Positions 8,074 through 16,140 of a stretch of DNA of 51,552 nt are shown piece after piece. The notes beneath the pieces are model-generated. The model searched no databases. It was not told the origin of the DNA and saw nothing but the letters and a program-made list of their open reading frames with translations. Position 1 is the stretch's first letter; every line of letters begins with the position of its first letter. The translations under genes were made by a program, and so were the position numbers. The stretch covers positions 1 through 51,552 of IMG/VR virus record IMGVR_UViG_3300027987_000379; one strand, written 5' to 3'. The DNA is from a virus (lineage: Duplodnaviria; Caudoviricetes).

Positions 8074-8111
8074 TTGTCGTGTCCTTTCTTTTCTGGTGGG
8101 TCTGTTTTTTG

Positions 8112-8792
8112 CTACCGTGAAATTCTCCTGTCTCTATCAAAGATAGATTTCCATCTCCCTGAGCCACGCAATCGGGAAATGATTCGCTCACCATATCGTT
8201 CCTTGAATTCTGTTGATTTCAGATTGGTTGTTATGATTGTTCTAGCTTTGCGGCCACTGCAAACGTCGATCAGCTCATCAAGAACAGCGGTCAACCATCC
8301 TTTCGAATCGGCATACTCCGATCCTAGATCGTCAAGTATCATCGAACTGCTTGCATGCCATTTGCGTCTCAGCTCTTGATCATACTTCCATCCTGTCATT
8401 AGCTCGGTAGCTCTCAAAAAGAATGGAGATCGCCCGCCATGATCTCCCTGCCACCTCAATGACGCAAACGTTTTTCCGACACCTGTTCCACCAGACAAGA
8501 CTCGAATCCGCTTGTCATCATCCAGAAAACCATCAAGCGCTTGAACTGCAGGTGCTGCAAGATCGAAGGAGTGTGCATATACATGCTCGCTGATTAAGTT
8601 CGGGGCGCCACCAGACACAAGAACTGATACCCTGCATTTAAATTCCTCAAAAGCATTGCGACGCCTTATTGCATCTTCATTTTCTTTGATCTGCGCATCT
8701 CTCTCATCCCATTCCTCATCTGTGAGCTTGGGCGTTGGAAACTCTTGAAACAAATCTCCAACAGGGACCATAGACAGCTTTCTGTCAGTCAC
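8112..8792 (-). CDS. DnaC/IstB-like AAA+ helicase loader
   Basis: Walker A GGTGVGKT, Walker B MILDDLG, TIITTN, ERIISRL; GTGA overlap with initiator. Confidence 0.9.
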   Translation of the reverse strand: MTDRKLSMVPVGDLFQEFPTPKLTDEEWDERDAQIKENEDAIRRRNAFEEFKCRVSVLVSGGAPNLISEHVYAHSFDLAAPAVQALDGFLDDDKRIRVLSGGTGVGKTFASLRWQGDHGGRSPFFLRATELMTGWKYDQELRRKWHASSSMILDDLGSEYADSKGWLTAVLDELIDVCSGRKARTIITTNLKSTEFKERYGERIISRLRGSGRWKSIFDRDRRISR

Positions 8793-9622
8793 AGCTTCAC
8801 TTCCCCAGACGGATACGAATCGTGCGGATGTGGTTCGCATCTGCCAAACCTGACATCCTTACGAAAGGAGTCACCTCCCTGTTTTTTCGCCAGCAACTTG
8901 TCCCAGTGCTTTCTAAGACCCTCAGGGGAAACGATGACTTTTACCCAAAAAATATCGTTCTGGAACCATTCAATCATCTCGCCCATGTCTTCCCAGGAAT
9001 GCTTGTCTCGCTGATGCATGATCCGAAATACGTTCGACCACTGTAAAATTTTCGTCGCCTTCCTCTCTCCTGTAAGCTTTGCCAGTGTTGAGCCAGGATG
9101 GTTTTTGCAGATGGCAGCAACGAAACTGTCAGCAAGTTGCCTTGCTTCGTGAGGAGTATTCTTTTGCTGAGGGCTCATGGCCTCAGGTGAGGCGTCCCTT
9201 TTCGTCCCTAAAGCGTCCCTTTTCGTCCCGTTTGTCCCTTTTCGTCCCAGCTCCTTGTTTAATCTCCTCCACTTACGACTACGCTCTGTACTCGAATTGA
9301 AATGGAATATCGATTTTTCAAGGAGTTCTAAACCGTTATCTAGATTACAGATAAGCTCTGCTTTCGTTGCCTTTTCGATCCCAAATTGAATGAGTTTCAC
9401 AGGATCGGTGCAATACTTCACTTTTTGAAGTTTGAGGTAGCTGGCCAGGAACTCTGGCGATGAGTACTCCTCTGGGATTTTCCCCCCAAACCCGTTAGCC
9501 CTGCTAATCAAAATTAGATGCATATAAATGGTAGCTCCCCAAAAGCCTGCTTGTATGCATTTCGGATGTTCCATAAGAGCAGGGTCGATATATGCCCACG
9601 CTCTCTTCACTGCGCTCCCCAT
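8789..9622 (-). CDS. Replication initiator (lambda O / replisome-organiser-like)
   Basis: Upstream of DnaC; STERSRKWR linker; C-term FWVKVIVSPEGLRKHWDKL; internal repeats. Confidence 0.8.
   Translation of the reverse strand: MGSAVKRAWAYIDPALMEHPKCIQAGFWGATIYMHLILISRANGFGGKIPEEYSSPEFLASYLKLQKVKYCTDPVKLIQFGIEKATKAELICNLDNGLELLEKSIFHFNSSTERSRKWRRLNKELGRKGTNGTKRDALGTKRDASPEAMSPQQKNTPHEARQLADSFVAAICKNHPGSTLAKLTGERKATKILQWSNVFRIMHQRDKHSWEDMGEMIEWFQNDIFWVKVIVSPEGLRKHWDKLLAKKQGGDSFRKDVRFGRCEPHPHDSYPSGEVKL
9194..9248. repeat. Iteron-like repeats, putative origin
   Basis: GTCCCTTTTCGTCCC at 9194, 9215 and 9234 inside the initiator gene. Confidence 0.75.
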
Positions 9623-9852
9623 GCTTTTCGCGTGAGAGGGACTTGCCCGTCCGTAATCTCTTCAATCGTCCAGCCCATAGCTCTGGTTGGCCGCAATGAC
9701 CCATTCGCAAGACCATAAACAGTTGACGCACTACAATCCAAAAGCGTCATGATTTCAGCGATTGTCTTTTTTTCTTTGTTGATCCAGCGCCCAAACGCTG
9801 TGTTTTCCGAAACCCCTCTGGGTCTCCCCCTGCGCTTTGCTTTCCTACGCAT
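9607..9852 (-). CDS. Cro-like HTH regulator with AT-hook-like N-terminus
   Basis: RRGRPRG; IAEIMTLLDCSASTVYGLANGSLRP...IEEITDGQV; TGTATAAT upstream. Confidence 0.8.
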   Translation of the reverse strand: MRRKAKRRGRPRGVSENTAFGRWINKEKKTIAEIMTLLDCSASTVYGLANGSLRPTRAMGWTIEEITDGQVPLTRKAWGAQ

Positions 9853-9899
9853 CCCTTAATCCCAATAACATTATACAATGTTTTTGGTCAATCAGAGAC

Positions 9900-10859
9900 T
9901 TATACTTCTTTCACCTCGCCTGTTTCCGGATCAATGCTCTCTGTCTTTTTCAGCTTATCCTTTACAGCCTTGACACCTTTTGCAGCAGGCTTTGACTTCT
10001 GTCCTCTCTGCGCTCTTTTGAAATCGATGGTTTCTTGCCAGGTCGTCTGTCCGTCCTTGATGGTTGTATAGACCTCTCTCAATTCAACAAGCTCAGCAGG
10101 ACTTACTTTCCCAAGGTCATGACCCAAAAACTCGGCCAGATCTTGAGGCATGATATTCAGATCAGAGAATGCATCAGATAGCCTTCTCTTTTCTGCGTCC
10201 GGGTCTTTCGCGGTATTGTCTGAGTTTGTCTGAATAATAACTTGTTCAGCTTCATCTTGAAGCCATCCAGGAATCAGGCGTAATCCATTGGTTCTGATCG
10301 CCTTTGAGACAAGGGCCGCCTGCTTATTCAGGAGCTCATCTTCGCTAGCTTTTACGAGATAGACCGTTTGCCCTGAGCTATTGGTTCGCTTTGAAACGAT
10401 TTCCTGCCCAGATCTAGGGCTGCGCCTTTCGACTGTTTTGGCGATTGTAAGCTGTGTCGTATGGCTCGCATTGCGTTCGTAATCGGTTACGCTTACCGAG
10501 ATGATGCGCTTTTCGTTGTCTTCATAAATCGTAGACTGTGTAGATTTGAGATTTCCCATGATTTGCATTGCTTGCTCAACAAAGCGAATGGAAAGACCCT
10601 CTATCCCTTGTCCGATAGGCTTTCTGTATCTAGCAACCTGCGCAAAGGAAGGCCGTCGACATTCTCTTAAAAGCTCCGAACGAACCTGGTCTAGGTTCCT
10701 TGGTCTCTGCAATGCCATCAGGTACGAAGCTTCCTCGGCGGCTTTCGCCTGTGCAGCCATGGCGCCTGATGCAGTCTCTACGATCGTTGAAATTTGCTTG
10801 CCAGCAAACTGATCTTGGACCACGAGCGCTTTTTCTTCTTGCTGATTATTTGGTGTCAT
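9900..10859 (-). CDS. Probable ssDNA-annealing/recombination protein
   Basis: ALQRPRN..ARYRKP..GLSIRF..KAIRTNGLRLIP; acidic tail IDPETGEV; same operon as YqaJ. Confidence 0.65.
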   Translation of the reverse strand: MTPNNQQEEKALVVQDQFAGKQISTIVETASGAMAAQAKAAEEASYLMALQRPRNLDQVRSELLRECRRPSFAQVARYRKPIGQGIEGLSIRFVEQAMQIMGNLKSTQSTIYEDNEKRIISVSVTDYERNASHTTQLTIAKTVERRSPRSGQEIVSKRTNSSGQTVYLVKASEDELLNKQAALVSKAIRTNGLRLIPGWLQDEAEQVIIQTNSDNTAKDPDAEKRRLSDAFSDLNIMPQDLAEFLGHDLGKVSPAELVELREVYTTIKDGQTTWQETIDFKRAQRGQKSKPAAKGVKAVKDKLKKTESIDPETGEVKEV

Positions 10860-11091
10860 TTTTTCGCTTTCTTTTCGCTAGATGTTCGAGCGCAACAAAA
10901 ATCATTGATATCACGATCAATATTATCGCGAATAACATGACCAGTCCCAGAGCGATCAGTGTCGGGGATAACACCCACCACCATGACCAGGCGATCACGT
11001 CAATGAGCTTTAGAACTACAAAAATCGTGGTGAGAACGCCGAAGATTCCCATGCCGCCGCCAGCGGCGGAGCCTGCTTTCCTATTGTCCAT
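10846..11091 (-). CDS. Small phage membrane protein (WSWWWVLSP family)
   Basis: IFVVLKLIDVIAWSWWWVLSP; RBS GAGAGG. Confidence 0.75.
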   Translation of the reverse strand: MDNRKAGSAAGGGMGIFGVLTTIFVVLKLIDVIAWSWWWVLSPTLIALGLVMLFAIILIVISMIFVALEHLAKRKRKNDTK

Positions 11092-11191
11092 GATTGTCCT
11101 CTCTTGGGTAACTTCCTGAAACCTGCAATGCGACAAAACCACCACGAGGCGGAAGCACTTCGGTTGCGACCCTTCGTTTCATTCCCACAGT

Positions 11192-11341
11192 TCACCCACT
11201 TCGCTTGTTTTCAAACCAACGTTTTGCAATTTGCCCAAGGATGTCTGATGTAAGCATCTTTTTGCGCGCCCATTTTTTGAGTGAGATCTCAGACCCCTCT
11301 TTTTTATGCGCTCTTTTCAATTTTCTCGTGTCTTTTTTCAT
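11192..11341 (-). CDS. Small basic hypothetical protein
   Basis: MKKDTRKLKRAHKK; GGAG RBS. Confidence 0.55.
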   Translation of the reverse strand: MKKDTRKLKRAHKKEGSEISLKKWARKKMLTSDILGQIAKRWFENKRSG

Positions 11342-11627
11342 TTTCTCCGTGTCCTTTTTTTGATGTCTCTCATAGAGAGAGCAGTCTACACTTTTGGGCC
11401 CGTTGCTTGGTAAGCAATCGCACCACGCAATTACATCTGTGCTTCGCTTGTTATTTCCATGATACACCACCCAGTAGGGACAATTGCGATCGCCTGCAGC
11501 GCATCGGATGTAGCCGCAGAAAGGCAAATAGGTGTCAGCACACCATACCAAAACCGTTTTTGCGTTCTGGCGGAAGCTTGGACCGTGGCTCTGCCGGCTG
11601 CGTCGTCGGTATCCAATCTTTTTTCAT
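11338..11627 (-). pseudogene. DUF551-like gene with apparent homopolymer frameshift(s)
   Basis: MKKDWIPTTQPAEPRSKLPPERK then frame change at the A5 run to VLVWCAD...VIAWCDCLP. Confidence 0.6.
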
Positions 11628-12703
11628 TTGCTCCATTTTCGAGGAACACAAAACCTGCGCGTCCCTTCCGTTTTTCTTGTGCTTCGCTTCTGGATTTCAT
11701 CCACTTCACTGTCAAAGGCAGACCTTTTCATATCAGTCACAGAAAGCCTTAGTGCAGCCCATGTCTTCAAATCATGAAAGGCTTCTTTCCAGTCCGTCCG
11801 TAAGGAGTCCTTCGCTTTCTTCCAGGTGATTTTTCCACCCCCATCTGCATCATCGAACACGATGCCCTGATGGTCGCCAATTCTTTCTTTGAGGCTCTGC
11901 ACTAACATTGCCTCTTCTTTGGAAAGAGTCTTTAGCTCCCCTCTGCATTCCTTTAGCAATTCTATCAAACCGCTCGATTCTTCATCCGCACGAATCATCT
12001 GGTCGTCATGTCTGGGGAACCTGCTCTTTAGGTATGCTGTGTAGCTATCCGAGCCATCTGGGGATAGTGGCTGTTTTTCCACGATATGCCTGGCCCAGAA
12101 CTCTCTTGCGGCTGTGATCAGCATATCTTCCAGCCCTTTATCGTGCATGATCACGTAATCAGTTGGGACCCCATCGACAAAAGCGACCAAATCCCATCGG
12201 TCGATATCCGCCCCATAGTAGGCCCTGGCTACGTAGAGGTTCCACGCGCATTGCACCAGCTCCCACGCAGGCACCTCATCTGTCCCTGGCTCGCCATAAA
12301 GGTCTGAGAGCCACGCAGTATGGGTCTTAATTTCAAGGCCCCTGATGGGCTTCTCGGCGGTTTCGATGGACACTGGAACATGGCGCCATGGAATGAAAAA
12401 TGAGTAAACCACCCCGTCAGGCGTTGCCATTGCCCATGGCTCATCAGGATGAATCAGGGTTCCAGGGACATCGACAGCACGCTGATGCCTTATCGCATAA
12501 TCATCCCTGATTGGACCCTCTAGAAGATTCCCCCATTTCATGCGCTCTGTTTCCACAGCTGGGGTCTCTTGTCCCCACTCGTCGTTCAGTTTGTCCATCT
12601 GAACATCGATTGCTGATCCAAACTGGGACACTCCGACAATTTTGGAGATATCGGTTGCGGTGATTCCTTTACGGCGCAATTCCAGTTGCTTATTTGTTAG
12701 CAT
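11624..12703 (-). CDS. YqaJ-like viral recombinase exonuclease
   Basis: RRKGITATD, WGNLLE, ATPDG, LEIKT, Q..W motifs. Confidence 0.92.
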   Translation of the reverse strand: MLTNKQLELRRKGITATDISKIVGVSQFGSAIDVQMDKLNDEWGQETPAVETERMKWGNLLEGPIRDDYAIRHQRAVDVPGTLIHPDEPWAMATPDGVVYSFFIPWRHVPVSIETAEKPIRGLEIKTHTAWLSDLYGEPGTDEVPAWELVQCAWNLYVARAYYGADIDRWDLVAFVDGVPTDYVIMHDKGLEDMLITAAREFWARHIVEKQPLSPDGSDSYTAYLKSRFPRHDDQMIRADEESSGLIELLKECRGELKTLSKEEAMLVQSLKERIGDHQGIVFDDADGGGKITWKKAKDSLRTDWKEAFHDLKTWAALRLSVTDMKRSAFDSEVDEIQKRSTRKTEGTRRFCVPRKWSK

Positions 12704-12704
12704 T

Positions 12705-13058
12705 TTATCCCCTGTCTCGTTTCATCTGCCGTTGTAGCCGTTCGAACTTTTGCTCATTTCGGTCCTGCTCCAACTGTGCTTCCGTTTTTGGCCTGCAGGT
12801 TTCGCGATGGCATTCGAATCGTGGCGCTTCTGGGTCTTCACCTCCATCCAGTCTGGCAATTGGAACGTCCCTACCCTTGTAAAGCACGTGTGTGCCCGCC
12901 TGGCTTGGCCTAACGTCCATCGGAATCCAATTCCCCAAGCTGGACTTAGCCCACAGCATAGGGGCTCCACACCGCTTACAGCGACCCTTCCTAAGCCCTG
13001 CCGTGGACCTAAGCAAGACTCCTCCGAGGTTCTGCTTGGTATCCATTTTTGATGACAT
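12705..13058 (-). CDS. Zinc-finger protein, paralog of 5474-5701
   Basis: CKRCGAPMLWAKSSLGNWIPMD...CHRETC; RBS GAAAGGG before 13058. Confidence 0.7.
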   Translation of the reverse strand: MSSKMDTKQNLGGVLLRSTAGLRKGRCKRCGAPMLWAKSSLGNWIPMDVRPSQAGTHVLYKGRDVPIARLDGGEDPEAPRFECHRETCRPKTEAQLEQDRNEQKFERLQRQMKRDRG

Positions 13059-13619
13059 ATTGAACGCCCTTTCTGTTTTCAAAAAGTTCGATTTTGATAC
13101 CCCCACCCTGCTCGCAACTTGCTGCTTTCTTTCAAAAAACCTATTGAAAATGTCCAACTCAGGACCAAAGTGTCCGGTGAACGTCATTTTTTGGCTTTGA
13201 ACGAATCTCATAAGCGTTCAACTTTTACTAAACACTCGCTGCTGACAGCTGGTATCACTATGGTATTCAAAATACCCACCTTTGGCCATTGACAGGTTTT
13301 CGGCCGATCACATATTTTGCTGATATCGTTTGTATGGGCAGATTCGCTCGTTGCTTGCACTGCCTGGCAGGTTCTGGCGAAAGCGTAGCGTTGAGCCAAG
13401 TAGTTTCCCCTCGAAGAGGGAGGATGCCCGCAGGGCTTTCTTTTCTTGCTCCGATAGGAGCTTTGATCCCCTGTATAGGGGAATAGAAATATATTTTTGT
13501 CGTCACTTTGCCGCATCAAGTTTTCTTTTATCTTCAGTCGACATAAAGCCAGTGATGCTATCTCGACCTGGGGTTATTGTTACAGAGCGGGCCGGAATGT
13601 CGGAAAAGGAGGCCCGTTC

Positions 13620-13898
13620 TCATCGCCGGAAGGTTGATATTTGAAGTAGTGTGCAAATTTGATTGATTGGGGCAGTATGAACCATGCCACTTTGGTTGTT
13701 TATGAACAAAACCTCAGCTTCGATTATGGAGCGACTGAAATCGTCAAATTCTTGGTCGTTTCCCAACTCAAAGTAAACTTCTCCAAGGGATGGGTTCACA
13801 GTTCCAGCCTTGGTGATACTCTTCCCATTCCGAAGCCTCATGAGAAGGCTTACTTCATAGCCAAAAAGGGTGGAATCTGTCTTCAGTGTTACTTGCAT
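13620..13898 (-). CDS. Stand-alone BppU-like domain, paralog of tail proteins 39738 and 44243
   Basis: LFGYEVSLLMRLRNGKSITKA..G..YFE..EAEVLF. Confidence 0.65.
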   Translation of the reverse strand: MQVTLKTDSTLFGYEVSLLMRLRNGKSITKAGTVNPSLGEVYFELGNDQEFDDFSRSIIEAEVLFINNQSGMVHTAPINQICTLLQISTFRR

Positions 13899-14233
13899 TG
13901 GTTCTCTGCCACTTTCTTCTCCTGTGTTTCCCCAAGGATGTACTCGACGTCAATCACCTCGCCTGGTTTGAATGCATCGAAGCCATCAATGATTGCTTGA
14001 TGGGCAATCGTCATGGTTCGTCCGTATTCCCAAGAATATGGATCTGAGCTAGCAGCACCACGTCCTCCATCAATTTGAATCACGAGGATGTACTCAGCTT
14101 GAGTCTTTGGGAAGGAGCTATACCCAGCCCTCTCAAAAAGAACCCTGTCGCGCTCGCATCCTGGCTCCATCTTAATGGCCAAGATCGGAATGAAAGTGCC
14201 CCTGTCTCGAATTTCGAAGGTTTTGCAGATCAT
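13889..14233 (-). CDS. Phage hypothetical protein
   Basis: FEIRDRGTFIP...DPYSW..RTM..AH..VIDVEYILGE; ATGA overlap. Confidence 0.75.
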   Translation of the reverse strand: MICKTFEIRDRGTFIPILAIKMEPGCERDRVLFERAGYSSFPKTQAEYILVIQIDGGRGAASSDPYSWEYGRTMTIAHQAIIDGFDAFKPGEVIDVEYILGETQEKKVAENQCK

Positions 14234-14403
14234 TCTCGTTCTCCTTCTCCGCTCGCCAAATTAACAGCTTGCGCAAGTTTCCCTCTGATCTCGGCCAGAA
14301 ATCTCACATCATCGAGATGAGACAGGCAGTATCCCTCGTTCAATACCTCATGTTTGTCGCATTCTGGCATTTTGCATATCATTGGCTGTTTTGCATTAAT
14401 CAT
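14230..14403 (-). CDS. Small C/H zinc-finger protein, 57 aa, not in ORF track
   Basis: MICKMPECDKHEVLNEGYCLSH; RBS AAGGGGGG. Confidence 0.6.
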   Translation of the reverse strand: MINAKQPMICKMPECDKHEVLNEGYCLSHLDDVRFLAEIRGKLAQAVNLASGEGERE

Positions 14404-14487
14404 CTGCCCCCCTTACGGTGGCTAGAAACACTAATTGCATTAAAAAGAGTTGCACGTGCAGTTTCCGTTTCTTTTTGAAACTGTTCT

Positions 14488-14847
14488 CTATTTGTCATTC
14501 CTTGACTCCCCAATGATTTTGTCAATGGTGACCTTTTTCCCGTTGAGAGTTAAATAGAATCCATCTTCGCTTAGCTCTATTTCATAGAATGAATCAGTCA
14601 AGCCAAGTGCTTTCATCGCAAACGTTAATCGTCGTCCGTCTGTCAGCTCTAGAGATATATATCTTTCGCCATCCTGGCAGCTGGTATCGAAATCGTACGC
14701 TTGGCAAGCGTTACGCAAACGTTTAACCTTGCAGCTCTTGCATAATTCTTTACGGAATCCACACCGGCATGGATGCATGCCAAGTAACATCTCGACCATT
14801 TTCTCTAAAAGAGAAACTCTCAAGGTTAGATTTCTAACGTCGTCCAT
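14488..14847 (-). CDS. Hypothetical protein with Cys cluster
   Basis: RBS GAGGA; CRC..CKSC. Confidence 0.65.
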   Translation of the reverse strand: MDDVRNLTLRVSLLEKMVEMLLGMHPCRCGFRKELCKSCKVKRLRNACQAYDFDTSCQDGERYISLELTDGRRLTFAMKALGLTDSFYEIELSEDGFYLTLNGKKVTIDKIIGESRNDK

Positions 14848-15139
14848 TAGTTTCTTCCTCGTTGATTACAAAAACAGCATAAGGACAGTCATCTGCCTTC
14901 ATGTCTGCAGCAGTGCCAGACCCTGCCAGATATGTAATCTCAACGCCTGAGATGACGATATCCCAACCTTCTTGTTGAAGGATGCCATTCAGGTAAATGC
15001 CTACGAAGTAATCGTCACGCAGATCTAGCCTGTCAGCGAGAATCGCATCAACTCCGGTGATGCTTTCTGCGCATAGGGACTGCCTGCGCTCATTGAGCAA
15101 ACGAGTCGGAGACCATCTTTTCGTTAAAGGTTCACGCAT
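14834..15139 (-). CDS. Stand-alone copy of the tail-fibre C-terminal domain of 40700-42061
   Basis: ITGVD..L.D.L..YLNGILQQEG.D..ISG..IT.LA..GTA.DM. Confidence 0.75.
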   Translation of the reverse strand: MREPLTKRWSPTRLLNERRQSLCAESITGVDAILADRLDLRDDYFVGIYLNGILQQEGWDIVISGVEITYLAGSGTAADMKADDCPYAVFVINEEETNGRR

Positions 15140-15292
15140 CGTGTCTGATAGCCACTGTAATACACAGTTGGTATTTTTCCCAGCGATTTTGTAAAAAATC
15201 GAGAAGGGCCATACAAGTCAACTTTTACACGAGTGAGTGGTAATATCCCCTACAGAAAATGCAATCATACTGCATCTTGGGGGGTATGGATT

Positions 15293-15592
15293 ATGATCAT
15301 CAACGCGCAAAGGCTGTATCGTACATTTTTGCGTATTCTTCCCGATTACGATCGAAACCCAAAGTTTATCGAGATGTTCGCCTTTTTCTGCGAAGCACTA
15401 GAAATCGAATCTGAAGACGCCGCGATTAACCATCGACGAAAAGGGACAATTCACGATTCGAGGATCGATCGTCTGATAGACCCATATGCACCTGTTGATG
15501 AGTTCGAAGCTGCAGACACTTCTCCCATTTGCAAGTTCTGTGGGAAAGTCTGCCAGAGGGCAGGGATTTGTGATGATTGTGGGATAGGATAG
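15293..15592 (+). CDS. Hypothetical protein with C-terminal C4 zinc ribbon
   Basis: CKFCGKVC...CDDC; G-rich RBS. Confidence 0.65.
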   Translation: MIINAQRLYRTFLRILPDYDRNPKFIEMFAFFCEALEIESEDAAINHRRKGTIHDSRIDRLIDPYAPVDEFEAADTSPICKFCGKVCQRAGICDDCGIG

Positions 15593-15596
15593 AAAT

Positions 15597-15836
15597 ATGG
15601 CCAATGACCAAGATGTTCAAGGCATGATGGATCGGATAAGGCATTGGGCAATATCTATCTCAACGCATTATAAGCTCCGCCAAATGACTATTGCTAAAGG
15701 CGTGATCGTCGACGATGACAAAGCTATAGGTGATTACGAGTATGTTCTCGACAAGGAAAAGGAGCACGTAGTCATCAACGTCACTTTGGATGCCGAAATT
15801 AATCAAATTGAAATTAATGGAGAGATTTCTGTTTGA
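15597..15836 (+). CDS. Small protein resembling the sheath C-terminal domain
   Basis: Ends INQIEINGEISV vs sheath IHSLEINGKVTV. Confidence 0.6.
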   Translation: MANDQDVQGMMDRIRHWAISISTHYKLRQMTIAKGVIVDDDKAIGDYEYVLDKEKEHVVINVTLDAEINQIEINGEISV

Positions 15837-16063
15837 TGCGAAAACTGAGACGCTCAGATACTGAAGCATTGCGTGGTGTCGATGCAGTTTTTGATGCCAT
15901 AGATCAGGCAATGCATGGGATGCTTCCCGAAGACGTTGGTCCTGCGCTAGTCATATTTCTGGCACAAGTTGCATGCCGTCTAGGGATTTCGAAAAGGGAC
16001 TTGGTGCTTGCGCTCGATGAAGCATATGAGATTTGTGCAGGAAAGAACTCGATTGCGCCATAA
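15833..16063 (+). CDS. Hypothetical helical protein, probable paralog of 1075-1290
   Basis: Operon overlap; manual similarity. Confidence 0.6.
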   Translation: MMRKLRRSDTEALRGVDAVFDAIDQAMHGMLPEDVGPALVIFLAQVACRLGISKRDLVLALDEAYEICAGKNSIAP

Positions 16064-16140
16064 CGGCTTGTTTTTTCAGGTATATTCAATTGATGATGAT
16101 GCTTTGATTATATTCAAAAAAAGGTACAATTGTCTTGACT

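Noticed and set aside
9194-9248. Mini CRISPR array
   Set aside because: Spacers of only 4-6 bp, inside a coding gene, and no cas genes.
11095-11190. c-di-GMP-I riboswitch-like sequence upstream of the membrane protein gene (minus strand)
   Set aside because: A GCTTCC/GGAAGT stem followed by TACC is present, but the GCAAAC..GAAA P2 arm and junction spacing do not fit; treated as a generic hairpin.
13208-13519. 103-aa minus-strand ORF and the N-terminal extension of 12705-13211
   Set aside because: No RBS or recognisable motifs; overlaps a hairpin-rich region; a better start exists at 13058.
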